A DNA stretch of 62,516 nt, filler included. It is 6 parts of 6 records of this genome, joined end to end, with 100 filler letters (N's around TTAATTAATTAA, not from the genome) between each part and the next. Parts side by side here need not be neighbours in the genome. Positions count along the whole stretch, not along the records: positions 23,000 to 49,792 come from DRR723986_23477; positions 49,893 to 57,181 come from DRR723986_23504; 4 more parts are not named here. One strand, given 5' to 3'. The notes beneath the pieces were generated by a model. It did no database searches. It worked only from the letters and a program-made list of their open reading frames with translations, and was not told where the DNA came from. The translations under genes were made by a program, and so were the position numbers. Positions 40,229-50,524 of the stretch are shown in pieces. Each line of letters opens with the position of its first letter. Position 1 is the first letter of the stretch.

Positions 40229-41767
40229 TTGACTAAATTCATATACATATTATCTACGGCGCTTTTTTTAGGCGCCGTTTTTATGCCTAGTCGGTCAAAC
40301 GCACAAGGGGACAAAGATGTTGTTAAATTAATCTTTGCCGAAACCGTTAAAGATGCCGAAGGCTTTGTAGAAACTACCTTGGCACAAGGAAACGTTCAAT
40401 TTGAACATCAAGAAACCAAGCTGTTTTGTGACTCCGCTTTGTTTTTTAGACCGCAGCAAGTGGTTTATGCCTATGGCAATGTCCATATCAATCAAGGTGA
40501 CACTGTAAACTTGTACTGCGATACACTTATCTATAATGGAAATAACAGGGTTTCTAAATTACAGGGCAAAGTCCGAATGCGAGACAATACACTAAAACTA
40601 GTGACCGATTCATTAGATTATGATGGTAAAATATCTACAGGGTATTACACCGGAGGAGCCGTAATCACAAGTATCGAAGATGAAATGAAACTCACTTCAA
40701 AAGAAGGCTATTATAACGCAAAATTAAAGACTTTCTTTTTCAAAGACAGTGTTCACGTTTCTGACGAAGGATACGATTTATATTCCGATACTCTTGAATT
40801 CCAAACATTTGATAAATCAGCTCATTTCCACGGCCCGACTGACATTTACATGGATTCAATGCAGGTAAAATGTGTTAAAGGTGTTTATTACACTGAAGAG
40901 GATTTTGTCCAATTATGGGATGGCGCTTATCTGATTGATTCAAATAGAACCTTTTATGCAGACAGCATGCTTTACAGTCAACAAACAGGAATTGGAGAAG
41001 GGTTTTGCAATGTTGATTTGTACGATTCAACCGAAAATGTCCAATTTCTCTCAGATTATTTATGGACGTCAGGAGAAAATGACACGATTATCATGAAAGA
41101 AAATGCAGCCGTAATTCAATACTCTAAGTCTGACACGTTATTATTGATGGCGGATTCTATATTTAATTATTTAGACACAAACGGAATTGATAGAACCAGT
41201 ATAGCTCAAAAAAATGTCGGAATTATTAACGGTGATCTATCCGTTTATTGTGATTCAGCACATTATTCAGAAGCGGACTCTCTCATTAAATTCTTTAAAA
41301 ACCCATTGATGTGGAGTCAAAACACCCAATTGTCTGCGGATTCTATTTTTGCGATTTATTATAAAGGTGATTTTAATCAAGTTAACCTCTATTATAATTC
41401 CTTTATCTGCTCAGAAAAAGACACCATTCATTATGATCAAATCAAGGGAAAATTCATGACCGCATGGCTTGACTCAAATAGGATGCAAAAAGTCTTTATT
41501 GAGACCAACGCCGCATCAAATTATTTTACAGCAGAAAAAACAACCGATTCAACCGGTGTTGAAGTTGAAACTGTGGATGGAATGAACAAAATTGAATGCA
41601 ATGAAATCTTTATCTATTTCGTAAATTCTGAAATTGATAGAATTTCGTTTAATGATGAACCCACAGCAATTTATTACCCTGTAAATCAGGTCCCAATTAA
41701 AGACTTGTATTTAAAAGGATTTTTATGGCAAATTGGACTCAAACCTGAATCCATATTTAGAGAATAG
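40229..41767 (+). CDS. OstA-like (LptA/LptD N-terminal beta-jellyroll) protein
   Basis: Signal peptide and repeated L.CDSA / L..DSL.Y units. Usual position after purA. TTG start. Confidence 0.8.
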   Translation: MTKFIYILSTALFLGAVFMPSRSNAQGDKDVVKLIFAETVKDAEGFVETTLAQGNVQFEHQETKLFCDSALFFRPQQVVYAYGNVHINQGDTVNLYCDTLIYNGNNRVSKLQGKVRMRDNTLKLVTDSLDYDGKISTGYYTGGAVITSIEDEMKLTSKEGYYNAKLKTFFFKDSVHVSDEGYDLYSDTLEFQTFDKSAHFHGPTDIYMDSMQVKCVKGVYYTEEDFVQLWDGAYLIDSNRTFYADSMLYSQQTGIGEGFCNVDLYDSTENVQFLSDYLWTSGENDTIIMKENAAVIQYSKSDTLLLMADSIFNYLDTNGIDRTSIAQKNVGIINGDLSVYCDSAHYSEADSLIKFFKNPLMWSQNTQLSADSIFAIYYKGDFNQVNLYYNSFICSEKDTIHYDQIKGKFMTAWLDSNRMQKVFIETNAASNYFTAEKTTDSTGVEVETVDGMNKIECNEIFIYFVNSEIDRISFNDEPTAIYYPVNQVPIKDLYLKGFLWQIGLKPESIFRE

Positions 41768-41783
41768 TTTTATCTTTATCTCC

Positions 41784-44700
41784 ATGAAATTTTTGCTCTG
41801 CGGATTCTTCCTGATTTGCTGCGTTTTTGCCTTTGGTCAAAACGACTATCCGTTCGGTAAATTCCCGATTAGAACAATTGACAAAGCTGAGTATAGCAAC
41901 GGCGGGGTTCAAAATTGGGATATCATTCAAAATAACGACAATTTTATTTACGTTGCCAATAACGCTGGGATACTTGAATTCAATGGTTCGTCCTGGTTTA
42001 AATTTAAACTTGAAAACAGTGAACACCCTCGCTCATTTGCAAAAAATGATAATGGAGAAGTTTTTGTCGGAGGTAAAAATGAATTCGGCGTAATTAAATA
42101 TGACGACAAGGGTAAACCCTACTGCAAAAAATTATCTGGTCCGGTTGACAGCTTAGACTTTAAAGAGATTTGGAGCATCAGTTGCATTGAGAATAAAACC
42201 TATTTTTTTGGCCGTCAGCATATATTTATCTATGATAATTCGGGAGAGCTTGAAACGGTCACCATAAAAAACGATTATGAATTGTTGGCAGGATTCAATG
42301 TTGGCTCAAAAGCAATCGTTTCAACTGAAAAAGGAAAATCGAAAGAGTTCTTTATCTTAAAAGAAGGGCAGCTGATACCAATTTTACATGCCGATTCAAT
42401 CGTTACCTTATCTACGGGATATTCTGAAGGAGGAGTAGACTATTTAATAGACAAAAGAGGAGGTTTTCACTCACTTTCTTATACCGGTAACAACTATTTT
42501 TTAAAACCAATCCCCAACCGAACTTTAAAATCAGAAGGAGAAATCAACTTTGCTTCTAGCGCAATTAATGAAAAATTCATTGCCATCAGTAATAAAGAAA
42601 AAGGTGGGATTGAGTTATTCGATAAAAAAGGAAACCTTATCCGAAATTTCACCAATAAAGACGGTATCAAGGGACTCAGAATACACAGTGTGATGTTCGA
42701 CCAATACAACAATCTTTGGTTATGTAATGAAGGTGGTATTACATTTTTAGAAATGTCCTCAGCACTTACCATGTTTGACGCTAAAGAAGGTATTAATGCC
42801 GGAGTGATTGAAGATATCATGTTTAGAAATGGAGAGGTGTTATTGGGTAACCATACAGATTTGTACAAGAGCAACATTGCAGAGGCAAGAATGACCTTTA
42901 AATCAGAGAATTCATTCGAAATGGAGGTATTCCAACTAAAAGACTTCGTGTTCTCAGATGGAAAAAAAATCACCCTAGCGATTATCAATGACGGTGTTTC
43001 AATTTTGGATGAAAATCTAAAAGGAAATTTAATCCCTAATTCTTTTTACGCTTGGGACATGTGCCAGTCGAGTCAAGATCCTGACAGAATATTTTTCGGG
43101 CTAGATGGTGATGGAATTGGGTCTATGCGCTATGAGAATGGCACCTTTGTGAATGAGGGGTATTACAACAATACTTTTGGTGAAGTGAGATCCATATTTG
43201 AAAAAAACGGTAAACTCTATTACACAGTAAAAAATGACGGTGTCCACCTACTAGACACCACCAAATCACAAGATGAAACGAAGCTACCTGGCCTGATAGA
43301 CTACAATGACCCTAAATTCGCATACGAACAATTCGTTATCTGCGAATTTCAAAATATCATCTATTTAGGAACCAGAAATGGTTTGTACGAAATTAAAGAT
43401 GATCAACTTGTTCAATCGAACATTGTTAACTCAAAATTTTCTGAAAAGCAATTACTAATTCACAGAATGTTCAACGACCAAAATGAGAAATTTTGGATGG
43501 TTTTATTTCATAATTCAGGGACAGAAAACGAAACTTCAGAAATTGGTTATTTATCTACGGTAGATGGAAAACTTGAATGGATTTCTCAACCTTTTAATCA
43601 AATTGAAGATGACGTTATTTTTTCCATTAAAAAAGATGATAATGGCATATACTGGCTTGGTGGAGTAAAAGGACTTTATGCCTTTAACGATAAAATCAAT
43701 ATCGATTCTGAGAAAAAATTCAATGTTTTCATCAATCGCATCTATTTGAACAGAGAGGACCTTTACATGTACCACACCAACTACGCAAAGGAATCGGAGC
43801 ATGTGCTAAGTTATGATCAAAATACAGTAAGTTTTGAGTTTGGCTCTAACGCTTATCTTGGAAAGTTAGTGAATCAATACAGCTATTATCTTGAAGGAGA
43901 AGAAGAAAGCTGGAGTAAATGGTCTGAAAACCAGACAACGGAATTCCAGCGTTTGAGTGAAGGTGATTACGTTTTTCATGTGAAAGCTAAAAACTTCTAC
44001 GGAATAGAAAGTGAAGAGACCACTTTCTCGTTCACGATTTCTCCTCCTTGGTACAGATCATGGTGGGCTTACCTAATCTACATTGTTTTAGTGATATTGA
44101 TTATCTATATCATCATCAACCTTTCAATCCGCCGAGTAAAAGCTCAAAATGAACGACTAGAAGAAATTGTAGTCGAAAGAACGGCCGAAATTGCCAAACA
44201 AAACTCAAAACTTGAACACCAGAAAGCTGAGATTGAAGAAAAAACGAATGACATCCTCGATAGTATTAAGTATGCAGAGCGTATTCAAACAGCAATTCTT
44301 CCCCCTGAAGATGAATTAGACCAGGTATTTGATGGTGAAAACTTTGTGTTATTCAAGCCTAAAGATATCGTTTCTGGAGACTTTTATTGGGCTGAGCGAT
44401 TCGAAAAGCAAGCCATCTTCTCGGCGGTTGATTGTACCGGTCATGGTGTTCCGGGTGCTTTCGTAAGTATTGTAGGATTTAATGGGTTGAACCGTACAGT
44501 AAATGAGTTTGATTTACGTATTCCAGGCGAGATACTTGATAAATTAACTGATTTAGTAGTTGAGACTTTTTCTAAAAGTGAATCTCAAATAAAGGACGGT
44601 ATGGATATCGCCCTATGTAATATCAATTACGAGACGCTAAAACTGACCTACGCTGGAGCGAACAATCCATTGATTTTAATTCGAAACAAAGAAATAACGG

Positions 44701-44996
44701 AGATCAAAGCCAACAAGCAGCCTATTGGAGAATTTGAAAACAGAGTGCCTTTTACAACACATGAAATCCAATTAGAAAAAGGTGATTGCATCTATATTTA
44801 CTCTGATGGATATGCTGACCAATTTGGAGGACCAAAAGGGAAGAAGTTCAAAGGCAAAGCATTGAAACAACTATTGCTAGACATGAATGATTTACCTATG
44901 TCTGAGCAACGAGTTAAAATCAACGAAATTTTTGAAGAGTGGAAAGGAAGTTTTGAGCAGTTAGATGATGTATGTTTAATTGGAGTTAGAATATGA
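41784..44996 (+). CDS. Membrane sensor PP2C/SpoIIE phosphatase (beta-propeller + Y_Y_Y + TM + coiled coil + SpoIIE)
   Basis: QNWDI..YVANN.G.LEFNG, YSYYLEG..WS.W, PPWYRSWWAY, KPKDIVSGDFYW, DCTGHGVPGAF, SDGYADQFGG and QLDDV. Confidence 0.92.
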   Translation: MKFLLCGFFLICCVFAFGQNDYPFGKFPIRTIDKAEYSNGGVQNWDIIQNNDNFIYVANNAGILEFNGSSWFKFKLENSEHPRSFAKNDNGEVFVGGKNEFGVIKYDDKGKPYCKKLSGPVDSLDFKEIWSISCIENKTYFFGRQHIFIYDNSGELETVTIKNDYELLAGFNVGSKAIVSTEKGKSKEFFILKEGQLIPILHADSIVTLSTGYSEGGVDYLIDKRGGFHSLSYTGNNYFLKPIPNRTLKSEGEINFASSAINEKFIAISNKEKGGIELFDKKGNLIRNFTNKDGIKGLRIHSVMFDQYNNLWLCNEGGITFLEMSSALTMFDAKEGINAGVIEDIMFRNGEVLLGNHTDLYKSNIAEARMTFKSENSFEMEVFQLKDFVFSDGKKITLAIINDGVSILDENLKGNLIPNSFYAWDMCQSSQDPDRIFFGLDGDGIGSMRYENGTFVNEGYYNNTFGEVRSIFEKNGKLYYTVKNDGVHLLDTTKSQDETKLPGLIDYNDPKFAYEQFVICEFQNIIYLGTRNGLYEIKDDQLVQSNIVNSKFSEKQLLIHRMFNDQNEKFWMVLFHNSGTENETSEIGYLSTVDGKLEWISQPFNQIEDDVIFSIKKDDNGIYWLGGVKGLYAFNDKINIDSEKKFNVFINRIYLNREDLYMYHTNYAKESEHVLSYDQNTVSFEFGSNAYLGKLVNQYSYYLEGEEESWSKWSENQTTEFQRLSEGDYVFHVKAKNFYGIESEETTFSFTISPPWYRSWWAYLIYIVLVILIIYIIINLSIRRVKAQNERLEEIVVERTAEIAKQNSKLEHQKAEIEEKTNDILDSIKYAERIQTAILPPEDELDQVFDGENFVLFKPKDIVSGDFYWAERFEKQAIFSAVDCTGHGVPGAFVSIVGFNGLNRTVNEFDLRIPGEILDKLTDLVVETFSKSESQIKDGMDIALCNINYETLKLTYAGANNPLILIRNKEITEIKANKQPIGEFENRVPFTTHEIQLEKGDCIYIYSDGYADQFGGPKGKKFKGKALKQLLLDMNDLPMSEQRVKINEIFEEWKGSFEQLDDVCLIGVRI

Positions 44997-45538
44997 TGAA
45001 ACTTAAAAATAGCATTGGAATTTTAGCGAGCATTGCCGCGATCTCTTTAATCAGCTTGGCCTTTTTAATGATTTCTCAAAGCGTTGCTGTTAGTGCTACC
45101 CTGGTACAACTTAGTATTTTTAATTTTGCTGTTTTGCTGGCACTTTCTGGACTGTTTGTTTTAAGACAATATTGCAGCCCGAGTCCGATCATGAAAAAAT
45201 CTCTAATTGGTTTTGCAATTTTACTAATGAGTTTTGGTGGTTTAGCAGCATTCAATGTTATTGATATTCAATCAACTTGGAATATATTAATTGCCCTATC
45301 AATTTTATACATTACTGTCATTCAAATGCAATTGCTCAACTGGAGCAAAAGCCAACAGTTTCTTAAGTTAATTGGCATGATCACACTGGTTGCCAACCTG
45401 TATATTTTTACGTTTTTTATTTTTAAAATTGACAGTCCAGGTGCAGGATTTATTCTAGACATTGCGGCCTTAACTTCAATAATATCTTTTTTAATCGGAC
45501 TCGTTTTAATTCGTAAAAAGAACTCAGAGCTTGCTTAG
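44993..45538 (+). CDS. Hypothetical integral membrane protein (about 6 TM)
   Basis: Hydrophobic 181-aa ORF overlapping the stop codon of the sensor gene. Confidence 0.7.
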   Translation: MMKLKNSIGILASIAAISLISLAFLMISQSVAVSATLVQLSIFNFAVLLALSGLFVLRQYCSPSPIMKKSLIGFAILLMSFGGLAAFNVIDIQSTWNILIALSILYITVIQMQLLNWSKSQQFLKLIGMITLVANLYIFTFFIFKIDSPGAGFILDIAALTSIISFLIGLVLIRKKNSELA

Positions 45539-45625
45539 ATAAACATTTATCCTTTAATAAGTACTCCTAATCTACCCTAAAACAAAACCTTGAATCACCT
45601 ACTTTTACCTTGAGAAGGTATAGGT

Positions 45626-45796
45626 ATGAAATTCAATACACCAATAAATATCCGACAGACAACGGATTTTCTGAATTGTAATTTAAATGCGCTTGATAAT
45701 GCATACATACATTTCTTTGAGCTAATGGACTCAGATTCTATAAAGTTACCACTTACCACGTTTTTTGGACCAACCCTAATCACTGAAAACAAATGA
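45626..45796 (+). CDS. Unannotated 56-aa ORF coupled to the downstream phosphatase (possible gene remnant)
   Basis: MKFNTPINIRQTTDFLNC...TLITENK*. Its TGA overlaps the next ATG (ATGA). It is below the ORF-track cutoff. Confidence 0.35.
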   Translation: MKFNTPINIRQTTDFLNCNLNALDNAYIHFFELMDSDSIKLPLTTFFGPTLITENK

Positions 45797-47037
45797 CCTA
45801 TATCTCAGAAGAAATATTGGTTGAATTAGAAAACAGAATAAAATCCAAAGATTTTAAACTGAACTCTCTGCTGGAAATCACCTCAGCAATTAACTCTAAT
45901 AAGGCCGTTTCTGAAATACTCAATATTTACGACTACATTTTGTCAGAGCAATTAGGAATTCGAAAATTCATCTTGTTCAATCAACAAAAAGAATGGGAGG
46001 TACTGAGTAAAAAAGGCATCAAGGGTAAAATAAAAGACATCAACGTTGAAGAAGATTTCTTACGATTCAGTGACATCACGGTTATCGAATCATCTTACAA
46101 AAAATCTCTCGACAAATTTGATGTTATCATTCCAGTCTATCACAAAGACAAGCCTCTTGCATTCTTGGTAATGGGCGGCATCAAAGATCAACTATTAAGC
46201 AATGATAGACGGTCTTTTGTAAATTTAAATTTCATTCAAACCCTCACCAATATCATTGTTGTAGCCATTGAAAACAAACGCATGGCTAAAGAAAGTTTGA
46301 AGCAAGAAAGCGTCAAGAAAGAACTAGAAATTGCGTCAGAAATGCAGCGATTACTTTTTCCGAACGAACTGCCTACCAACCATAAAATAGACATATCCGC
46401 GAAATACTTATCACATAGCCAAGTTTCAGGAGATTACTACGACTACATCCAACTTAATGATGATGAATTCATCATGTGTATTGCGGATGTTTCTGGTAAA
46501 GGGATTGCAGCGGCAATGCTAATGGCTAATTTTCAAGCCACAGTTAGAACACTATACAATTACAAACGATTCGATTTAGAAGAACTCGTGTTAGAGCTGA
46601 ACTCCAAGGTATTTGAAAACGCAAAAGGAGAAAAATTTATCACTTTTTTTATTGCCGAATACAATTCTGCTACCCGCAAACTTAAATACATCAATGCCGG
46701 TCACAATTGGCCTATCTTGATAAGAGGCAAGCAGTCAACTTTTCTTAACAAGGGGTGTATTGGTTTGGGGATGTTGGCCGAAATACCCGCTATTGAATCA
46801 GAAGAACTGGATATTGAAACAAATACAACGTTAATCCTCTATACAGATGGGGTTGTAGAGCTAGAGAATAAAGAGTCAGAGCAATTTGAAACTGAACGAT
46901 TGACTAAAATTGTGCAAAGCTTCTATCCTTTATCAATGGAAGATTTAAACGAAATCATCTTTTCAAAATTAGATGACTGGCGTGGTGTAAAAAAATATGT
47001 AGATGATACGGCGATTCTCAGTTGCCGAATATTCTAG
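45793..47037 (+). CDS. RsbU-like PP2C/SpoIIE phosphatase with an N-terminal GAF-like domain
   Basis: ELEIASEMQ, VSGDYYD, IADVSGKG..AA..MA, YINAGH, LYTDGV and DDTA. Confidence 0.92.
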   Translation: MTYISEEILVELENRIKSKDFKLNSLLEITSAINSNKAVSEILNIYDYILSEQLGIRKFILFNQQKEWEVLSKKGIKGKIKDINVEEDFLRFSDITVIESSYKKSLDKFDVIIPVYHKDKPLAFLVMGGIKDQLLSNDRRSFVNLNFIQTLTNIIVVAIENKRMAKESLKQESVKKELEIASEMQRLLFPNELPTNHKIDISAKYLSHSQVSGDYYDYIQLNDDEFIMCIADVSGKGIAAAMLMANFQATVRTLYNYKRFDLEELVLELNSKVFENAKGEKFITFFIAEYNSATRKLKYINAGHNWPILIRGKQSTFLNKGCIGLGMLAEIPAIESEELDIETNTTLILYTDGVVELENKESEQFETERLTKIVQSFYPLSMEDLNEIIFSKLDDWRGVKKYVDDTAILSCRIF

Positions 47038-47040
47038 ACG

Positions 47041-47736
47041 CTATAATTCAAAGTCATACTCAACCATATGTGCTGACCACAATTGCTCAGCATGTGCTTG
47101 AAATCCTTCTGGTGCAGTACTGAATTCTTCTCCAGGTGTAAATTCTCCTCCAACTTCCATCACTTTCGTTTCACCTCTCAAGGGATACTTATCCCCATTT
47201 TCTAGCATGATTAATTTTTGCGTTGACGGACTCACATCAGACGTACAACCTGTCCGATAAATAAATGTAATCTCCCCTACTTCATCTTCATCTATATCTG
47301 TCAAAGTAATTGCATCTAATTCATGACTCAAAATCAAATCAAATTCGCAGTCCTTAACAAAATCAGTCGTTTCTTTAACTAAAACGGCGTCAGCTGAATT
47401 GTTCTCTCTCGTGAAATGATAAGCATATAAATATTGACTTGCGGTAACATCTGCATATTCATCTTCTGGCTCAACCTCCTTTAATTCACCCATTGTTCTG
47501 ATGAAATAATTAATCCCATTATTATCTACCCAAGAATAAGCATCAACTGTCTTCCCTTGTATGTCACAATCTGATGGTATCTCCGCAATTTTATTCAAAT
47601 TCAAATCAATCTCCAAAACTTCCTCAACTGTTTCATTCTTTTCAGGAGATGGATTTTCATCTGTATTGCTTTCTGATGATTCTCCACAGGAGAACATAAT
47701 GCTTAAAGAAATAGAAAATAAGGCGAGCTTTTTCAT
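47041..47736 (-). CDS. Lipoprotein, M949_RS01915-like family
   Basis: Lipobox IMFSC. DFVKDCEFD..TDID.D..GEI..YR.GC.SDVSP..KLIM.E.G.KY.LRG matches my recollection of that family. Confidence 0.6.
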   Translation of the reverse strand: MKKLALFSISLSIMFSCGESSESNTDENPSPEKNETVEEVLEIDLNLNKIAEIPSDCDIQGKTVDAYSWVDNNGINYFIRTMGELKEVEPEDEYADVTASQYLYAYHFTRENNSADAVLVKETTDFVKDCEFDLILSHELDAITLTDIDEDEVGEITFIYRTGCTSDVSPSTQKLIMLENGDKYPLRGETKVMEVGGEFTPGEEFSTAPEGFQAHAEQLWSAHMVEYDFEL

Positions 47737-47803
47737 TTTTGTGATTTAGTGAGACCCTAAAATTATAAGTTTTCTGTAAATTCAAGGATAAATAACTGGA
47801 TTT

Positions 47804-49705
47804 ATGTCAATACCATTTTACCAAATTTCAAATGAATCAAATTATTACCGTGATTATGAAAAATCAGTACAACAACCTGATGAATTTTGGGCAAAAATTG
47901 CAGATACTTTTCATTGGCGAAAAAAATGGACGAATGTATGTGAATCAGACTTTACAAAACCAGAGGTTAAATGGTTTTTGAATGGAAAATTGAACATCAC
48001 TGAAAATTGTATTGACCGTCATTTAGAAACCCATCCAGATAAAACCGCAATAATTTGGGAGCCTAATGACCCTCAAGATAAAGTTCAAACATATACCTAC
48101 AGTGAATTGGCCACCGCGGTGAATAAGTTCGCGAATCTATTAGTAGCAAACGGAATTACTAAAGGAGATCGCGTTGTGATTTATATGCCTATGATTCCAG
48201 AAGCCGCCTTTGCCATGCTAGCATGTGCAAGAGTTGGTGCGATTCATTCAGTTGTTTTTGCAGGGTTTTCGGCAAAGGCTTTATCTGACAGAATACAAGA
48301 TGCCGCAGCAAAAATGGTGATCACTTCAGATGGCTTAATTAGAGGCACCAAAAAATTATTACTCAGGAATATTGTGGCTGAAGGAATTGAAAACTGTCCG
48401 ACAATTGAAAAAGTTATTACAGTTCGTCACACAGGGGATACAGTAAACTCTAACCATTTAGATGTTTGGTACAATGATGTAATCGATCAGCAATCGGCTG
48501 AATTTGATGCCGTAGAAATGGATAGCGAAGACGAGCTATTTATCCTCTACACTTCAGGTTCAACTGGAAAACCAAAAGGAGTTGTTCACACCTGTGGAGG
48601 CTATATGGTTTACGCAGATTATAGCTTTAGAAATGTATTTCAACCAGCATCTGAAGATGTGTTTTGGTGCACTGCTGATGTAGGATGGATTACTGGACAT
48701 TCTTATATAGTTTACGGTCCGTTGCTAGCAGGAACAACTTGTGTGATGTTTGAAGGAATCCCAACTTATCCAGAACCGGACAGGTTTTGGCAGGTCATAG
48801 AAAAGCATGAAGTCAATCAATTTTATACTGCGCCAACTGCTATCAGAGCATTAATGGCTTGCGGAGATGACCTACCTCAACGATATCAAATGGATTCACT
48901 TAGAGTAATTGGATCTGTTGGTGAACCTATCAATAAAGAAGCCTGGGAATGGTACAATGATTATGTTGGCAAAAACAAGGCAGCCCTAGTAGACACGTGG
49001 TGGCAAACCGAAACTGGCGGCATTATGATTTCAAATTTGGGAAATATTGGTATTCACAAAGCAACACATGCCGGACTACCATTACCAGGTATTCAACCTG
49101 TATTGCTTACCTCAGAAGGTGAAGTGATTAGCGAAAATAATCAAGAAGGATTATTGGCTGTTACACACCCATGGCCTTCAATGATTCGAACCACTTGGGG
49201 TGATCACGAACGCTGCAGACAAGTTTATTTCTCAGCATTTGAAAATCACTACTTTACCGGTGATGGTGCTAAACGAGATGACAACGGATTGTATAGGATT
49301 ATTGGAAGAGTGGATGACGTGATTAATGTTTCTGGTCACAGATTAGGAACAGCAGAAGTGGAGAACGCAATAAACGAGCACTCCGCAGTCATTGAATCTG
49401 CCGTAGTTGGATACCCTCACGATATTAAAGGGCAAGGCATCTATGCCTACGTAATTTGTGCAGATTTAGATAAATCGGAGGAAGAGACGCGACTTGAAAT
49501 TGAAGCGCAAGTATCTGATATTATTGGTCGTATTGCTAAACCAGACAAAATTCAATTTGTTAGTGGATTACCAAAGACAAGATCGGGTAAAATCATGAGA
49601 CGAATTCTAAGAAAAATAGCAGACGGTTCGCACGACCAACTGGGCGATATCTCAACGCTTTTAGACCCTACAGTGGTTCAAGATATTATTAAAGGGAAAA
49701 TATAA
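47804..49705 (+). CDS. acs: Acetyl-CoA synthetase
   Basis: YTSGSTGKPKG, DTWWQTETGG, GRVDDVINVSGHRLGTAE and LPKTRSGKIMRR. Confidence 0.97.
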   Translation: MSIPFYQISNESNYYRDYEKSVQQPDEFWAKIADTFHWRKKWTNVCESDFTKPEVKWFLNGKLNITENCIDRHLETHPDKTAIIWEPNDPQDKVQTYTYSELATAVNKFANLLVANGITKGDRVVIYMPMIPEAAFAMLACARVGAIHSVVFAGFSAKALSDRIQDAAAKMVITSDGLIRGTKKLLLRNIVAEGIENCPTIEKVITVRHTGDTVNSNHLDVWYNDVIDQQSAEFDAVEMDSEDELFILYTSGSTGKPKGVVHTCGGYMVYADYSFRNVFQPASEDVFWCTADVGWITGHSYIVYGPLLAGTTCVMFEGIPTYPEPDRFWQVIEKHEVNQFYTAPTAIRALMACGDDLPQRYQMDSLRVIGSVGEPINKEAWEWYNDYVGKNKAALVDTWWQTETGGIMISNLGNIGIHKATHAGLPLPGIQPVLLTSEGEVISENNQEGLLAVTHPWPSMIRTTWGDHERCRQVYFSAFENHYFTGDGAKRDDNGLYRIIGRVDDVINVSGHRLGTAEVENAINEHSAVIESAVVGYPHDIKGQGIYAYVICADLDKSEEETRLEIEAQVSDIIGRIAKPDKIQFVSGLPKTRSGKIMRRILRKIADGSHDQLGDISTLLDPTVVQDIIKGKI

Positions 49706-49706
49706 G

Positions 49707-49792
49707 ATTCGAAAATCCCGAATCGAAAATCGAAAATCCAGAATCGAAAATCCAGAATCGAGAATCGAGAATCGAAAATCGAGAATCGAAAA
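49707..49792. repeat. Heptamer tandem repeat, 12 units with consensus AATCGAR (variants AATCCAG, AATCCCG), running into the fragment end
   Basis: Parses as ATTCGAA AATCCCG AATCGAA AATCGAA AATCCAG AATCGAA AATCCAG AATCGAG AATCGAG AATCGAA AATCGAG AATCGAA AA. Confidence 0.92.
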
Positions 49793-49892
49793 NNNNNNNN
49801 NNNNNNNNNNNNNNNNNNNNNNNNNNNNNNNNNNNNTTAATTAATTAANNNNNNNNNNNNNNNNNNNNNNNNNNNNNNNNNNNNNNNNNNNN
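49793..49892. other. Artificial contig spacer
   Basis: N44-TTAATTAATTAA-N44. Confidence 0.97.
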
Positions 49893-49893
49893 G

Positions 49894-50382
49894 TACGAAC
49901 ACCGGCTGATCGACGACATGGTCGCCTCCGCTCTGAAATGGTCCGGCGGATACGTCTGGGCCTGCAAGAACTACGACGGTGACGTCCAGTCCGACACGGT
50001 TGCCCAGGGGTTCGGCTCGCTCGGCCTGATGACGTCCGTCCTGATGACACCGGACGGCAAGACCGTGGAAGCGGAAGCCGCCCACGGCACGGTCACACGC
50101 CACTATCGCCAGCACCAGAAGGGCGAGAGCACGTCGACCAACTCCATCGCCTCGATCTTCGCCTGGACCCGCGGGCTCGCGCACAGGGCCAAGCTCGACA
50201 ACAACCAGGAGCTTGCCCGTTTCGCCCAGACGCTGGAAAAGGTCTGTATCGACACGGTGGAAGCCGGCCACATGACGAAGGACCTTGCCCTGCTCGTCGG
50301 TCCGGATCAGGCCTGGCTCACCACCACCGGTTTCCTGGACAAGATCGACGAGAACCTGGCCAAGGCCATGGCCGCACACTAA
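49894..50382 (+). CDS. icd: NADP-dependent isocitrate dehydrogenase (5'-truncated)
   Basis: [47 protein letters not shown]. Confidence 0.97.
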   Translation, partial: YEHRLIDDMVASALKWSGGYVWACKNYDGDVQSDTVAQGFGSLGLMTSVLMTPDGKTVEAEAAHGTVTRHYRQHQKGESTSTNSIASIFAWTRGLAHRAKLDNNQELARFAQTLEKVCIDTVEAGHMTKDLALLVGPDQAWLTTTGFLDKIDENLAKAMAAH

Positions 50383-50410
50383 GGCTTTGCCTGTAAAGGC
50401 CGAAGGAGCG

Positions 50411-50445
50411 ACACCGCGGACATTGTCCGCGGTGTTTTGCTTTTC
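50411..50445 (+). terminator. Intrinsic terminator after icd
   Basis: ACACCGCGGAC-ATT-GTCCGCGGTGT followed by TTTGCTTTT. Confidence 0.8.
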
Positions 50446-50524
50446 GGCCCAACAACAACCTGCCGATTGTCCCTCTTCCCGGCCCGCGCTAGGCTCACCT
50501 GGCCGGTAGCCAGAGGAGAGGACG

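Noticed and set aside
49707..49792. CRISPR array
   Set aside because: These are contiguous 7-mers with no unique spacers. I saw no cas genes or repeat-spacer structure anywhere in the window.
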